Part shown: piece after piece, positions 53,925 through 63,102 of the stretch | Numbering within the stretch: the first letter of the stretch is position 1 | Layout of the letters: each line of letters opens with the position of its first letter | Position numbers and translations under genes: made by a program | The notes under the pieces: model-generated | Database searches by the model: none | The model's input: only the letters and a program-made list of their open reading frames with translations | What the model was told of the DNA's origin: nothing | Assembly (NCBI GenBank): GCA_038328135.1 | Contig: JBBQLR010000002.1 | Location: 12,936 to 76,935 of the forward strand | DNA from: Patescibacteria group bacterium | Lineage (GTDB): Bacteria; Patescibacteriota; Microgenomatia; UBA1406; GWC2-37-13 | Direction: 5' to 3' | Length of the DNA: 64,000 nucleotides

Positions 53925-54604
53925 AAAGTACTGATATGGAAGCCACAAAAAAAATAAAAGTCAAGAAAGAAGTAATCGTAAAAAAATACACTGTCGACGG
54001 TAGCGATGCAGGTGAAGTTACCCTCATTGAGGAACTTCTTTCATTCAAACCAAATCAAACTCTCCTTGCGCAATATATTCGCATGTTCCTTGCTAATCAA
54101 CGAGAAGGAAATGCATCTTCAAAGACAAGAGCAGAGGTTGCAGGTACAACAAAGAAAATATATAAACAAAAAGGAACAGGTGGAGCCCGACACGGATCAC
54201 AAAAAGCACCTATTTACAAGGGTGGTGGAGTTGTTGGAGGTCCAAAACCAGCAGAATATCGTCTTGAAATGTCAAAGAAACAAAAGTCAGGAACTCTCAT
54301 AAGCGCAATCGCTTTCCAAGTTCAACAAGGAGCAGTCGCAGTAGTTGAATCGGACATAGTGAAACTTCCTCCAAAAACAAAAACAATCGCATCATTCCTC
54401 GCAAAGACACAGACAAATACAAAAAATGTGCTTTTCGTCCTGCCTGATTCCAAAGCAATCGGGCTTATAAAATCAGCACGTAATATTCCAGGCGTGTCAA
54501 TCACCAATATGGGATCATTGAATGCTCATGAAGTATTACAGTCAAAAAATATAATAGTTGTAGCAGAAGCTTTTGAAGCAATGCAACACATGTTCACAAA
54601 ATAA
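53921..54604 (+). CDS. rplD: 50S ribosomal protein L4
   Basis: KQKGTGGARHGS motif; operon position. Confidence 0.93.
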   Translation: MKSTDMEATKKIKVKKEVIVKKYTVDGSDAGEVTLIEELLSFKPNQTLLAQYIRMFLANQREGNASSKTRAEVAGTTKKIYKQKGTGGARHGSQKAPIYKGGGVVGGPKPAEYRLEMSKKQKSGTLISAIAFQVQQGAVAVVESDIVKLPPKTKTIASFLAKTQTNTKNVLFVLPDSKAIGLIKSARNIPGVSITNMGSLNAHEVLQSKNIIVVAEAFEAMQHMFTK

Positions 54605-54888
54605 TGACAACCATAATTCTAAAGTCACCAGTCGTAACCGAAAAAGCAACAGCTCTTGCGCAGAAGAATGTGTATCTCTTTGTCGTTGGAACATTTGCAA
54701 CGAAAGATCAAATACGTCATGCTGTTGAAACTTTCTATAACGTTACTGTTGGAAGTATCAGAGTAAGTATTCGCAAAGGAAAAGTACAACGAGTTGGAAA
54801 AAGAATGGTGCCAAAATCAGTTGCAGATAAGAAAGTAGCCTATGTCACTGTTACAAAAGGATCGATAAGCTTGTTTCCAAAAGCATAA
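54604..54888 (+). CDS. rplW: 50S ribosomal protein L23
   Basis: 94 aa, L23-like TEKA...KKAYVT pattern, between rplD and rplB. Confidence 0.9.
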   Translation: MTTIILKSPVVTEKATALAQKNVYLFVVGTFATKDQIRHAVETFYNVTVGSIRVSIRKGKVQRVGKRMVPKSVADKKVAYVTVTKGSISLFPKA

Positions 54889-54904
54889 GTTTGTTATTTA
54901 AGAT

Positions 54905-55660
54905 ATGACTAATTCATCAAGCCACCCAGAAAAAAACCTTACAGAACTGCTAAAGAAGCACTCTGGACGTAATAATGCTGGAAGAATCACTGTTAGACAT
55001 CAAGGAGGAAGACACAAACGATTCTATCGTGAAATAGATTTTAAAAGAGACAAAAGAGATATGGAAGGCGTAGTTCGAGGAATCGAATACGATCCAAATA
55101 GAAATTCCCTCATTTGCTTGGTCGAATATACAGACAGTGAAAAAAGATATATCTTACAACCAAACGAAATCAAAGTTGGAGACGCAGTATACTCTGGTGA
55201 AAAGGCAGATATAAAAGCCGGAAATGCCCTTCCACTCAGATTGATTCCTATCGGTATTGAAATTCATAACCTAGAATTATTCCCAGGACAAGGCGGAAAG
55301 CTTATAAGAGGAGCAGGCACTGCAGGAGTAGTGGTCGCAAAAGAAGGTATTTACGTTCATGTAAAACTTCCCTCAGGCCTCGTACGAAAGTGTTTTGCAG
55401 AATGTTATGCAACAGTTGGAATGTTGGGAAATATTGAACATAAAGATAGAATATTAGGAAAAGCAGGTACTAGCCGCCACATGGGAATTCGTCCAACTGT
55501 CCGTGGCACCGCCCAGAATCCTCGAAGTCATCCACACGGTGGAGGAGAAGGTCGATCTGGAGAAGGTATGCATCCTAAGACGCCATGGGGTAAGTCCGCA
55601 AGAGGAACAAAAACAAGAAACAAAGTTAAATGGAGTAATAAGTTTGTAGTGAAACAATAA
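54905..55660 (+). CDS. rplB: 50S ribosomal protein L2 (N-terminally short)
   Basis: GRNNAGRITVRHQGGRHKR, YDPNR and PHGGGEG blocks. An in-frame TAA two codons upstream of the ATG excludes a longer N-terminus. Confidence 0.95.
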   Translation: MTNSSSHPEKNLTELLKKHSGRNNAGRITVRHQGGRHKRFYREIDFKRDKRDMEGVVRGIEYDPNRNSLICLVEYTDSEKRYILQPNEIKVGDAVYSGEKADIKAGNALPLRLIPIGIEIHNLELFPGQGGKLIRGAGTAGVVVAKEGIYVHVKLPSGLVRKCFAECYATVGMLGNIEHKDRILGKAGTSRHMGIRPTVRGTAQNPRSHPHGGGEGRSGEGMHPKTPWGKSARGTKTRNKVKWSNKFVVKQ

Positions 55661-55665
55661 TACCT

Positions 55666-56124
55666 ATGGAAGCAAAAGCATCAGTAACAGACGTACATAC
55701 AACACCAAAGAAATTGAGAACTCTTTTGACAGATGTTAAGAAGATGTCGCCGGTAAAAGCGATGGATCATCTCTTGTATTCTCCAAAGAAATCAGCAAAT
55801 ATCTTGTATAAAGTAATTAAGTCGGCTGTTGATAACGCGAAAGCTACTTTACAGATTGATGCAAATCTGTTAGAATTTAAGCTTTTGAAAGTAGATCAAG
55901 GGCATGCATTACGTCGTTATAATCCAGGATCCCGTGGAAATGCAAAACCATATAGAAAACAGTTTGCACATATTAATGTTGTCGTCGGATTAAAAGGTTC
56001 CGCAGCAAAAAAAAGTGTGGAAACAATTGAAGATGTTAAGCCAATCACAAAAACAGAGAAAAAAATATTACCAGTTGCTAAAAAACCTTCCCTTAAAAAG
56101 AAGTTAGCGGCACCAGCAAAATAA
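55666..56124 (+). CDS. rplV: 50S ribosomal protein L22 (with lysine-rich C-terminal extension)
   Basis: SPKKLRTLLTDV...MDHLLYSPKKSA and RGNAKPYRKQFAHINVVV. It directly follows rplB, with no room for rpsS. Confidence 0.93.
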   Translation: MEAKASVTDVHTTPKKLRTLLTDVKKMSPVKAMDHLLYSPKKSANILYKVIKSAVDNAKATLQIDANLLEFKLLKVDQGHALRRYNPGSRGNAKPYRKQFAHINVVVGLKGSAAKKSVETIEDVKPITKTEKKILPVAKKPSLKKKLAAPAK

Positions 56125-56127
56125 TAG

Positions 56128-56763
56128 ATGGGACAAAAAGTTGATCCAAAAGGACTTCGAATGGGAATATCCCAAACATGGACTTCCAGATGGTTTTTTA
56201 GTAATAAAAAAACATTCAGGGATTCCCTTATCTCAGATATTCGTATACGAGAAAAACTCATGCAGAAATTTAAATTTGCATCAGTTACTCAAATTGATAT
56301 AGAACGTGCAATAAAGAAGATTTCTGCCATTATTTATGCTGTGAAGCCAGGAATGATTATAGGACGCGGAGGAAAAGGACTTGAAGAAGTAAAAAAATAC
56401 ATCGTAGCAGACTTGGATAAGAAACCAAATAAAGAATTGAAAGTAGAAATAAAAATAGAACCTGTAAAGAAACCATATTTGAGTGCATATTATGTTGCTC
56501 AAATGATTGCTGAGAAAATCATCAAAGGGTTTCCTCATAGAGCGGTCATCCACCACACAATGGATCGTGTTATGGAAGCTGGAGCAAAGGGTATTAAGAT
56601 TCAACTGGGAGGAAGAATCAATGGAGCTGAAATTTCGCGAAGAGAAAAATACTTCCTTGGAAGTATTCCAACCTCGACAATTCGAGAGAATGTTGAATTT
56701 GTACGATATCCAGCTTTAACAAAATCAGGATATATTGGAGTAAAAGTTTGGCTTTGTAAATAA
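56128..56763 (+). CDS. rpsC: 30S ribosomal protein S3
   Basis: MGQKVDPKGLRMG N-terminus and KH domain GRGGKGLEEV. Confidence 0.95.
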   Translation: MGQKVDPKGLRMGISQTWTSRWFFSNKKTFRDSLISDIRIREKLMQKFKFASVTQIDIERAIKKISAIIYAVKPGMIIGRGGKGLEEVKKYIVADLDKKPNKELKVEIKIEPVKKPYLSAYYVAQMIAEKIIKGFPHRAVIHHTMDRVMEAGAKGIKIQLGGRINGAEISRREKYFLGSIPTSTIRENVEFVRYPALTKSGYIGVKVWLCK

Positions 56764-56765
56764 TT

Positions 56766-57176
56766 ATGTTGGCACCAAAAAGACAGAAATTTAGAAAGAC
56801 GTTCCGGGGAACATGGAGAAGAATCGCATTACGCGGTGCTCTTGTATCTTTTGGATCTGTCGGCCTTAAAACAACAGATAAGGGATGGATAAAAGACAGA
56901 GAGATAGAAGCATGCCGAGTAATATTGGCCCGAGCAACAAGAAAGATGGGTAAGTTTTGGATTCGTATTTTTCCTGATAAACCATATTCAAAAAAACCAC
57001 CAGAAGTAACCATGGGTGCAGGAAAAGGAGATATTGCATATTTTGTCGCATCAGTCGTTCCGGGAAAAGTAATGTTTGAAATTGATGGATTGCCAGTTGA
57101 AGAAGCGCGAGCAGTTTTGAAAAGCGTATCAATGAAGTTATCAGTAAGAACGAAAATCGTTACAAAAGAACTATGA
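56766..57176 (+). CDS. rplP: 50S ribosomal protein L16
   Basis: MLAPKRQKFRKTFRG N-terminus and MGAGKG block. Confidence 0.95.
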   Translation: MLAPKRQKFRKTFRGTWRRIALRGALVSFGSVGLKTTDKGWIKDREIEACRVILARATRKMGKFWIRIFPDKPYSKKPPEVTMGAGKGDIAYFVASVVPGKVMFEIDGLPVEEARAVLKSVSMKLSVRTKIVTKEL

Positions 57177-57367
57177 GCATTTACATGAAAGACGCAACAA
57201 AAAAAACAGTCGAAGAACTTGAGAAGTCAATAATTGATTTACGACAGGAAATTGCAAAATTAGCTGTAGAATTGACAGTCACACAACAAAAGAATACAAA
57301 TACAATGCCAAATAAACGAAAACAGTTAGCAGTTCTCTTGACGGTCCTAAGACAAAAGAAGAGTTAA
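57173..57367 (+). CDS. rpmC: 50S ribosomal protein L29
   Basis: 64 aa helical protein, ATGA overlap with rplP, canonical position. Confidence 0.88.
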   Translation: MSIYMKDATKKTVEELEKSIIDLRQEIAKLAVELTVTQQKNTNTMPNKRKQLAVLLTVLRQKKS

Positions 57368-57378
57368 TAAACAATACT

Positions 57379-57627
57379 ATGGCACGAACATTAGTAGGAA
57401 CAGTAATCTCAGACAAAATGCAGAAAACAGTAGTTGTATCTGTTGAGAATAAATTTAGACATGCGAAATACGGGAAAGTTATCGTGAAACACAAGAAATA
57501 CAAAGCGCATGCAGAAGAGGGCGGATATATAATAGGAGATCTCGTTGAAATGCAGGAAGTACGACCAATCTCACGTGATAAGCGATTTACGGTTATTAAA
57601 AAGTTAAAGAAAACAACCCAGGAATGA
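57379..57627 (+). CDS. rpsQ: 30S ribosomal protein S17
   Basis: LVGTVISDKMQKTVVV...KYGK...KKYKAH...GD.V...E.RPISR pattern. Confidence 0.93.
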   Translation: MARTLVGTVISDKMQKTVVVSVENKFRHAKYGKVIVKHKKYKAHAEEGGYIIGDLVEMQEVRPISRDKRFTVIKKLKKTTQE

Positions 57628-57998
57628 TACAACTTAGAACAGTCTTGACAGTGGCAGATAACAGTGGTGCGAAAGAAGCGATAATGATTGGTATGCCATT
57701 TAAAGGAAATAGAAAATACGCTTATATTGGTGAAATCGTTAACATCGCTGTGAAAGATGCTATTCCTTTTGGTCAAGTAAAAAAAGGTGAAGTATTGTCA
57801 GCTGTTGTAATCAGAACTCATAAAGAATATAGAAGAGAGGACGGAAGTTATATCCGATTTGACGATAACGCCTGTGTCATTTTGCAAGCAAAGGACAACA
57901 AGGATCCTAAAGGGACACGCGTATTCGGACCAGTTGCAAAAGAAGTAAAAGATAACGGATTCAAGAAGATTGCAAGTTTGGCAGAGGAAATGTATTAA
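57624..57998 (+). CDS. rplN: 50S ribosomal protein L14
   Basis: MIQLRTVLTVADNSGAKE N-terminus; 124 aa. Confidence 0.95.
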   Translation: MIQLRTVLTVADNSGAKEAIMIGMPFKGNRKYAYIGEIVNIAVKDAIPFGQVKKGEVLSAVVIRTHKEYRREDGSYIRFDDNACVILQAKDNKDPKGTRVFGPVAKEVKDNGFKKIASLAEEMY

Positions 57999-57999
57999 T

Positions 58000-58305
58000 A
58001 TGAAAATCAAAAAGAACGATAAAGTAACAATTCAGACCGGCAAGGATAGAGGAAAACAAGGTGTTGTTGAAAAAGTATATCCAAAACAGAACACAATCCT
58101 TGTTACAGGAATGAATCTATACAAAAAGCATGTACGAAAGAGTGAACAAATGCCAAAAGGCGGTATTGTAGAAGTACCTCGACCAATGGATATTTCAAAA
58201 GTCGGACTCGTGTGTCCACATTGCAAGAAAACTGTCCGAATCGGATACCAAATTGAAGCTGGAAAAAAGTCTCGAATTTGTAAAAAATGTAAAACCATTA
58301 TTTAA
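58000..58305 (+). CDS. rplX: 50S ribosomal protein L24 (with C-terminal CxxC...CxxC)
   Basis: MKIKKNDKVTIQTGKDRGKQG KOW motif. Start at ATG 58000; the track ORF from 57970 overlaps rplN. Confidence 0.92.
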   Translation: MKIKKNDKVTIQTGKDRGKQGVVEKVYPKQNTILVTGMNLYKKHVRKSEQMPKGGIVEVPRPMDISKVGLVCPHCKKTVRIGYQIEAGKKSRICKKCKTII

Positions 58306-58310
58306 GCACT

Positions 58311-58850
58311 ATGTCATCATTTAAAGAATTTTTTAAAACCGAAGTAAAACCAGCACTCATGAAAGAGCTTGGGCTAAAAAACACCCTCGCGGTTCCTAAT
58401 ATCGTAAAAATCGTTCTTAATGTAGGAGCGGGAGAAGCTGTGACAAATAAGGGAGTTATTGCTAAGATTCAAGAACAAATCAGTATTATCGCAGGACAAA
58501 AAGCAGTTGTAACGAAAGCGCGGAAATCAGTCTCAGCCTTCAAAATTAGAGAAGGACTCGCAATTGGAGTAAAGGTAACACTTCGCGGAGATAGAATGTT
58601 TGAATTCTTGCAGAAATTTGTTACAATCGTACTTCCTCGACTTCGCGATTTTAAAGGAATCGATGACAGCTCGGTAGATGCACATGGTAATTTAAATATT
58701 GGTTTTACAGAACAAACGTTATTTCCAGAGATCGAATATGACAAGGTAGATAAGTTACGTGGACTTCAGATTACAGTAGTAACGACAGCAAAAGATAAGA
58801 AAAAAGGTAGATTACTATTTGAAAAATTGGGAGTCGCATTTAAAAAATAA
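58311..58850 (+). CDS. rplE: 50S ribosomal protein L5
   Basis: VPNIVKIVLNVGAGEA and RGDRMFEFLQKF blocks. Confidence 0.95.
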   Translation: MSSFKEFFKTEVKPALMKELGLKNTLAVPNIVKIVLNVGAGEAVTNKGVIAKIQEQISIIAGQKAVVTKARKSVSAFKIREGLAIGVKVTLRGDRMFEFLQKFVTIVLPRLRDFKGIDDSSVDAHGNLNIGFTEQTLFPEIEYDKVDKLRGLQITVVTTAKDKKKGRLLFEKLGVAFKK

Positions 58851-58856
58851 TCATCT

Positions 58857-59042
58857 ATGGCAAAAACATCAGACGAAGTAAAATTTAAGAAAGAACAAAA
58901 ATACAAAGTACGCAATCATAATAGATGTCAGATTTGTGGAAGATCGAGAGGGTATATGCGCCGATTTGGCCTATGTCGCATCTGTTTCAGAAGAAGAGCA
59001 TTAGATGGAGAGATTCCAGGAGTTAGAAAGATTTCTTGGTAA
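58857..59042 (+). CDS. rpsN: 30S ribosomal protein S14, zinc-binding short (type Z) form
   Basis: 61 aa, [22 protein letters not shown]. Confidence 0.93.
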   Translation: MAKTSDEVKFKKEQKYKVRNHNRCQICGRSRGYMRRFGLCRICFRRRALDGEIPGVRKISW

Positions 59043-59048
59043 ATAATT

Positions 59049-59333
59049 ATGAGTAGATCAATAAAAAAAGGACCATACGTCGATGAAAACCTCATGAAAA
59101 AGGTTATGGCACAAAAAAAGGGATCTGATAGAAGTGTCTTGAAGACATGGGCACGTGCTAGTCAAATCGCCCCAGAGTTTGTGACACACAAAATCGGGAT
59201 CCACAACGGGAGAAAACATATTGAAGTGCTTATCACTGAAGGAATGGTTGGACACCGACTCGGAGAATTTTCGCTTACCAGAACATTCAGGGGACATGGA
59301 AAGATTACAAAGAGAACAGCAGATAAGACTTAA
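59049..59333 (+). CDS. rpsS: 30S ribosomal protein S19 (in a non-canonical operon position)
   Basis: MSRSIKKGPYVD...IHNGRKHIEV.ITEGMVGHRLGEFSLTRTFRGH is an unambiguous S19 signature. Confidence 0.93.
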   Translation: MSRSIKKGPYVDENLMKKVMAQKKGSDRSVLKTWARASQIAPEFVTHKIGIHNGRKHIEVLITEGMVGHRLGEFSLTRTFRGHGKITKRTADKT

Positions 59334-59349
59334 AAATTGATATATATCT

Positions 59350-59736
59350 ATGAACGATCCAATAATTGATTTGATAATAAGAATAAAAAATGCATATATG
59401 ACAAAGAATGAGGGGCTTGAAATGCCACATTCAAGTTATAGAGAAGCGGTTTTAAAGAAACTGCAAGACATGAAATATATCAAATCATATTCTGTTGAGG
59501 GAGATATCATCAAGACAATCGAAATTGAGCTTATGTATACAAAAGGCGTTCCAGCCCTTACCGATGTAAAATTAGTATCAAAACCAGGAAAGCGAGAATA
59601 TGTTTCATACAGAGACTTAAGAAACGTAATGAATGGAATGGGTGTTTCGTTTTTATCAACACCAAAGGGTATCATGACAAATAGAGAAGCACGAAAAGAG
59701 AAGCTTGGGGGCGAATTATTATTTATGATTTGGTAA
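59350..59736 (+). CDS. rpsH: 30S ribosomal protein S8
   Basis: MNDPIIDLIIRIKNA N-terminus and GGELLFMIW C-terminus. Confidence 0.95.
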   Translation: MNDPIIDLIIRIKNAYMTKNEGLEMPHSSYREAVLKKLQDMKYIKSYSVEGDIIKTIEIELMYTKGVPALTDVKLVSKPGKREYVSYRDLRNVMNGMGVSFLSTPKGIMTNREARKEKLGGELLFMIW

Positions 59737-59740
59737 TACT

Positions 59741-60289
59741 ATGTCAAAAATTGGACAAAAAGTACTCACTGTTCCCGCAACTGTAACTTTTACAGTCGAA
59801 CGTAGTGAAGTGACTATAAAAGGGAAATTGGGTGCTTTAACTATCGTATTACCACAAGGAATCACAGTAGAAAAAGGACAAGATAATACATATTCTGTTG
59901 TTCGAAGAAGCGATTCAAAGGATTTAAAATCCCTTCATGGAACGTTTCGAACTCTTATCGACAATGCTATCAGGGGAGTTGACAAGGCATGGGAAAAAAG
60001 ACTTGAAGTTGTAGGAACAGGATTTAACGTCAAGATGCAGGGAAAAGATCTCGTTTTCAAGGTGGGCTATTCTCACCCTGTCATTTACAAGGAATCAGAA
60101 GGAGTTACATTTGCGGTGGAAGGTAACAATAAAGTGATTATCAGCGGAAGAGACAAACAACTTGTTGGAGAAATCGCATATAAAGTAAAGATGCTTAAGA
60201 AACCTGATGCATATAAAGGAAAAGGGATAAAGTATGAAGGTGAAAAGTTAAGAATTAAGCCAGGTAAGAAGGCAGCAAAAACGGCTTAA
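59741..60289 (+). CDS. rplF: 50S ribosomal protein L6
   Basis: MSKIGQKVLTVP N-terminus, GVDKAWEKRLEVVGTGF and KGKGIKYEGE blocks. Confidence 0.95.
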   Translation: MSKIGQKVLTVPATVTFTVERSEVTIKGKLGALTIVLPQGITVEKGQDNTYSVVRRSDSKDLKSLHGTFRTLIDNAIRGVDKAWEKRLEVVGTGFNVKMQGKDLVFKVGYSHPVIYKESEGVTFAVEGNNKVIISGRDKQLVGEIAYKVKMLKKPDAYKGKGIKYEGEKLRIKPGKKAAKTA

Positions 60290-60304
60290 CGAAGCACGAT
60301 ACCT

Positions 60305-60652
60305 ATGAAAAAATTTATTAATACGGATAGAAAACTAAGAAGAAAAAAGAGAGTGAGTATGAATATCATTGGAACCGCAGAGCGACCACGCGTGTCTGTC
60401 TATAGATCATCAAAGAACGTATATATCCAAGCGATTGATGACATGACAGAAAAAACTATTTGTGCAGCGCATAGTAAGACGGTCACTAATGGAAAAAAGT
60501 CTGATGAGGCCTTTGAAGTTGGGAAAAAACTTGGATTACTAATGAAAGAAAAAAATATTACAAAAGCTGTTTTTGATAGAGGTCCTTATACCTATTTAGG
60601 TCGTGTACAACGACTCGCGGAAGGTCTTCGCGAGGCGGGGATACAGGTTTAA
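60305..60652 (+). CDS. rplR: 50S ribosomal protein L18
   Basis: RPRVSVYRSSKNVYIQAIDD and FDRGPYTYLGRVQRLAEGLREAG. Confidence 0.95.
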   Translation: MKKFINTDRKLRRKKRVSMNIIGTAERPRVSVYRSSKNVYIQAIDDMTEKTICAAHSKTVTNGKKSDEAFEVGKKLGLLMKEKNITKAVFDRGPYTYLGRVQRLAEGLREAGIQV

Positions 60653-60668
60653 TAATTATTACTGATTT

Positions 60669-61151
60669 ATGGTAGATCAATTTCAAGAAAAAAAGTTAGA
60701 AGAGAAAATTTTACTTATCAAGCGAGTAACAAAGAAAATCACCGGTGGAAGCCATATCACATTTGTTGCAGTTGTTGCTGTTGGAGACAGAAAAGGTAAA
60801 GTTGGTGTCGGAATGGGCAAAGGAAGAGAAGTTCCACAAGCCATCCGCAAAGCATTCACAAAAGCACAAAAGAAAATGGTCACTATCCCAGTTTATAAAG
60901 GAACTATTCCTCATGAAATTTTCCTGAAATATAAAGCAGGTGTTGTATTTTTGAAGCCAGCTCCAGAGGGAACTGGACTTAAAGTGGGAAGTGTAATTCG
61001 TACCATATTCGACCTTGCAGGAGTATATAATGTATCTGGCAAGATTATTGGATCTAGAAACCAAATCGTGAATACTCATCTTATCATGAAGGCAATCAGT
61101 ATGCTTAAAAATAGAACATTACCAGTTTCCGAAGGGTCAAAGAACGAATGA
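60669..61151 (+). CDS. rpsE: 30S ribosomal protein S5
   Basis: [38 protein letters not shown] signature. Confidence 0.95.
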   Translation: MVDQFQEKKLEEKILLIKRVTKKITGGSHITFVAVVAVGDRKGKVGVGMGKGREVPQAIRKAFTKAQKKMVTIPVYKGTIPHEIFLKYKAGVVFLKPAPEGTGLKVGSVIRTIFDLAGVYNVSGKIIGSRNQIVNTHLIMKAISMLKNRTLPVSEGSKNE

Positions 61152-61594
61152 TATCATTTTTGTCAGTTTTACCAACGTTAGTTGAACGTTCCAAGAAACG
61201 ATTAGGTCGTGGACTTGGTAGTGGAAAAGGTGCAAAAAGTGGACGAGGGACAACTCGACACCAAAAAGCACGATCTACTATTCCTCTTCATTTTGAAGGT
61301 GGACAGGGAAGACTCGTAAAAAGATTTCCGCTTCTTCGAGGAAAAGGTAGAAATTATAGTAGAAAGACTTATAAGTATGTTATCTACTCAGAGCAACTTA
61401 ATGTGTTTGAAGATGGAGCAGTAGTTGATATTGCAGCTTTATTCAAGGCAAATCTTATAGAAGCAGACGCAAAAAGCCCAATCGTAAAGCTCATCAAGAA
61501 GGGAGATGTAACTAAAAAATTGACAGTTGCTTTACCAGTTACTCAATCGGTAAAAGCAATGATTGAGAAAGCGGGCGGGACCGTGAGAGTATGA
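61148..61594 (+). CDS. rplO: 50S ribosomal protein L15
   Basis: RLGRGLGSGKGAKSGRG block. 4-nt overlap with rpsE, so no rpmD (L30) lies between them. Confidence 0.93.
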   Translation: MISFLSVLPTLVERSKKRLGRGLGSGKGAKSGRGTTRHQKARSTIPLHFEGGQGRLVKRFPLLRGKGRNYSRKTYKYVIYSEQLNVFEDGAVVDIAALFKANLIEADAKSPIVKLIKKGDVTKKLTVALPVTQSVKAMIEKAGGTVRV

Positions 61595-62877
61595 AAGATA
61601 TAAAGGAAAAACTAAGACTACTTGCAGGAGACAAAGTCTTACAAAAAAAGATTTATTTCACACTCGCAATTTTCCTTTTTTTCCGTATATTCGCTTTTCT
61701 ACCTGTATCAATCATCAATCTTGCCAAGTTGAAGGCGCTTTTTGATCAAAGCCAATTTCTTTCTCTTCTTGATATTTTTTCCGGAGGCACTCTCATAAAC
61801 TTTTCTATTATGGCCCTGGGATTAAATCCGTATATCAATGCATCTATCATATTACAATTACTTTCTGTCATATTTCCACAGTTGGAACAACTTGCAAAAG
61901 AAGGAGAGTATGGAAGGTTTAAGATGAATCAGTACACTCGTTTTCTGACTGTGCCTCTCACCATCGTCCAAGCTATCGGCATTTATGTTCTTCTTAAGAA
62001 TCAAAAAATTCTCACCAATCTGTCCCCTCTTGAGTTTTTCTCGTTTATATTCACTCTCGTTGCTGGCACCTTTATTTTGGTATGGTTTGGTGAGCTTATT
62101 TCGGAATTCGGCATGGGGAATGGAATTTCTCTTATTATCTTTGCCGGTATCGTGGGTAGGATGCCTGTGCTTTTGGGAAAAACGGCAACCACTTTGAATC
62201 AGGAAATGGTCATTAACTTAATTGTATTTATCGTTGTATCAGTAGCCGTTATCGCGGCAGTCGTGTTTATTAACGAAGCAATCAGAAGGATTCCGGTTTA
62301 TTACGCCAAGCGAATAAAAGGGAATAAAGTGTATCAAGGTGCAACTAATTATCTTCCCCTCAAATTAAATCAAGCAGGAGTTATCCCAATCATATTCGCG
62401 GTTTCATTTGTTCTTTTTCCTCAATTGGTTGGGAACTTCCTTCAATATTCAAAACAGCCAATCGTAGCAAGTGTCGCAAAGTTTCTTGTTGTTACCTTTA
62501 AACCATCGGGTGCAATATATAATATTCTTTACTTCCTCCTTGTCATTGGGTTTACTTTTTTCTATACGATAATTGTGTTTAGTCCACAAAAAATATCCGA
62601 AGAGATTCAGAAGCAAGGTGGATTTATCCCTGGTATCCGCCCTGGACTAGCAACAAAGCAATATTTGGAACAAGTGCTTTACAAGATTACAAGCGTAGGG
62701 GCATTATTCCTTGGTTTAATCGCAGTTATGCCTACCATTTTATCTGCTATCACAGGTATCACAGGGCTTGTCATCGGTGGGACAAGCATATTAATCGTGG
62801 TTTCAGTCATCCTTGAATCTTTCAAGATGATGGAATCTCAACTTGTGATGAAAAGCTACGATAAATTTGCGAAGTAA
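61591..62877 (+). CDS. secY: preprotein translocase subunit SecY
   Basis: 10-TM protein with LGLNPYINASIILQLL and GIPGIRPG blocks; canonical position after rplO. Confidence 0.95.
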   Translation: MKDIKEKLRLLAGDKVLQKKIYFTLAIFLFFRIFAFLPVSIINLAKLKALFDQSQFLSLLDIFSGGTLINFSIMALGLNPYINASIILQLLSVIFPQLEQLAKEGEYGRFKMNQYTRFLTVPLTIVQAIGIYVLLKNQKILTNLSPLEFFSFIFTLVAGTFILVWFGELISEFGMGNGISLIIFAGIVGRMPVLLGKTATTLNQEMVINLIVFIVVSVAVIAAVVFINEAIRRIPVYYAKRIKGNKVYQGATNYLPLKLNQAGVIPIIFAVSFVLFPQLVGNFLQYSKQPIVASVAKFLVVTFKPSGAIYNILYFLLVIGFTFFYTIIVFSPQKISEEIQKQGGFIPGIRPGLATKQYLEQVLYKITSVGALFLGLIAVMPTILSAITGITGLVIGGTSILIVVSVILESFKMMESQLVMKSYDKFAK

Positions 62878-62902
62878 CATTATAAATATTATTTAATTCA
62901 CT

Positions 62903-63076
62903 ATGGCAAAAAAAGGATCTCGTGTGCTTCTCGGATTAGTCTGCGAAGTATGTGGAAAACAAAACTATGTCACCCAGAAAAATAAAGTGAATACAACTGA
63001 ACCCTTAAAGTTGCAGAAGTATTGCAACCAGTGCAAGAAGACAGTAGCTCATAAAGAACGAAAAAAGTTAGATTAA
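62903..63076 (+). CDS. rpmG: 50S ribosomal protein L33 (C4 zinc form), 57 aa
   Basis: Not in the ORF track because it is under 60 aa. Translation: MAKKGSRVLLGLVCEVCGKQNYVTQKNKVNTTEPLKLQKYCNQCKKTVAHKERKKLD. This matches the L33 pattern, including the CxxC...CxxC. Confidence 0.85.
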   Translation: MAKKGSRVLLGLVCEVCGKQNYVTQKNKVNTTEPLKLQKYCNQCKKTVAHKERKKLD

Positions 63077-63102
63077 TTTTTCGCATTCGCTTTAAATTTT
63101 CT

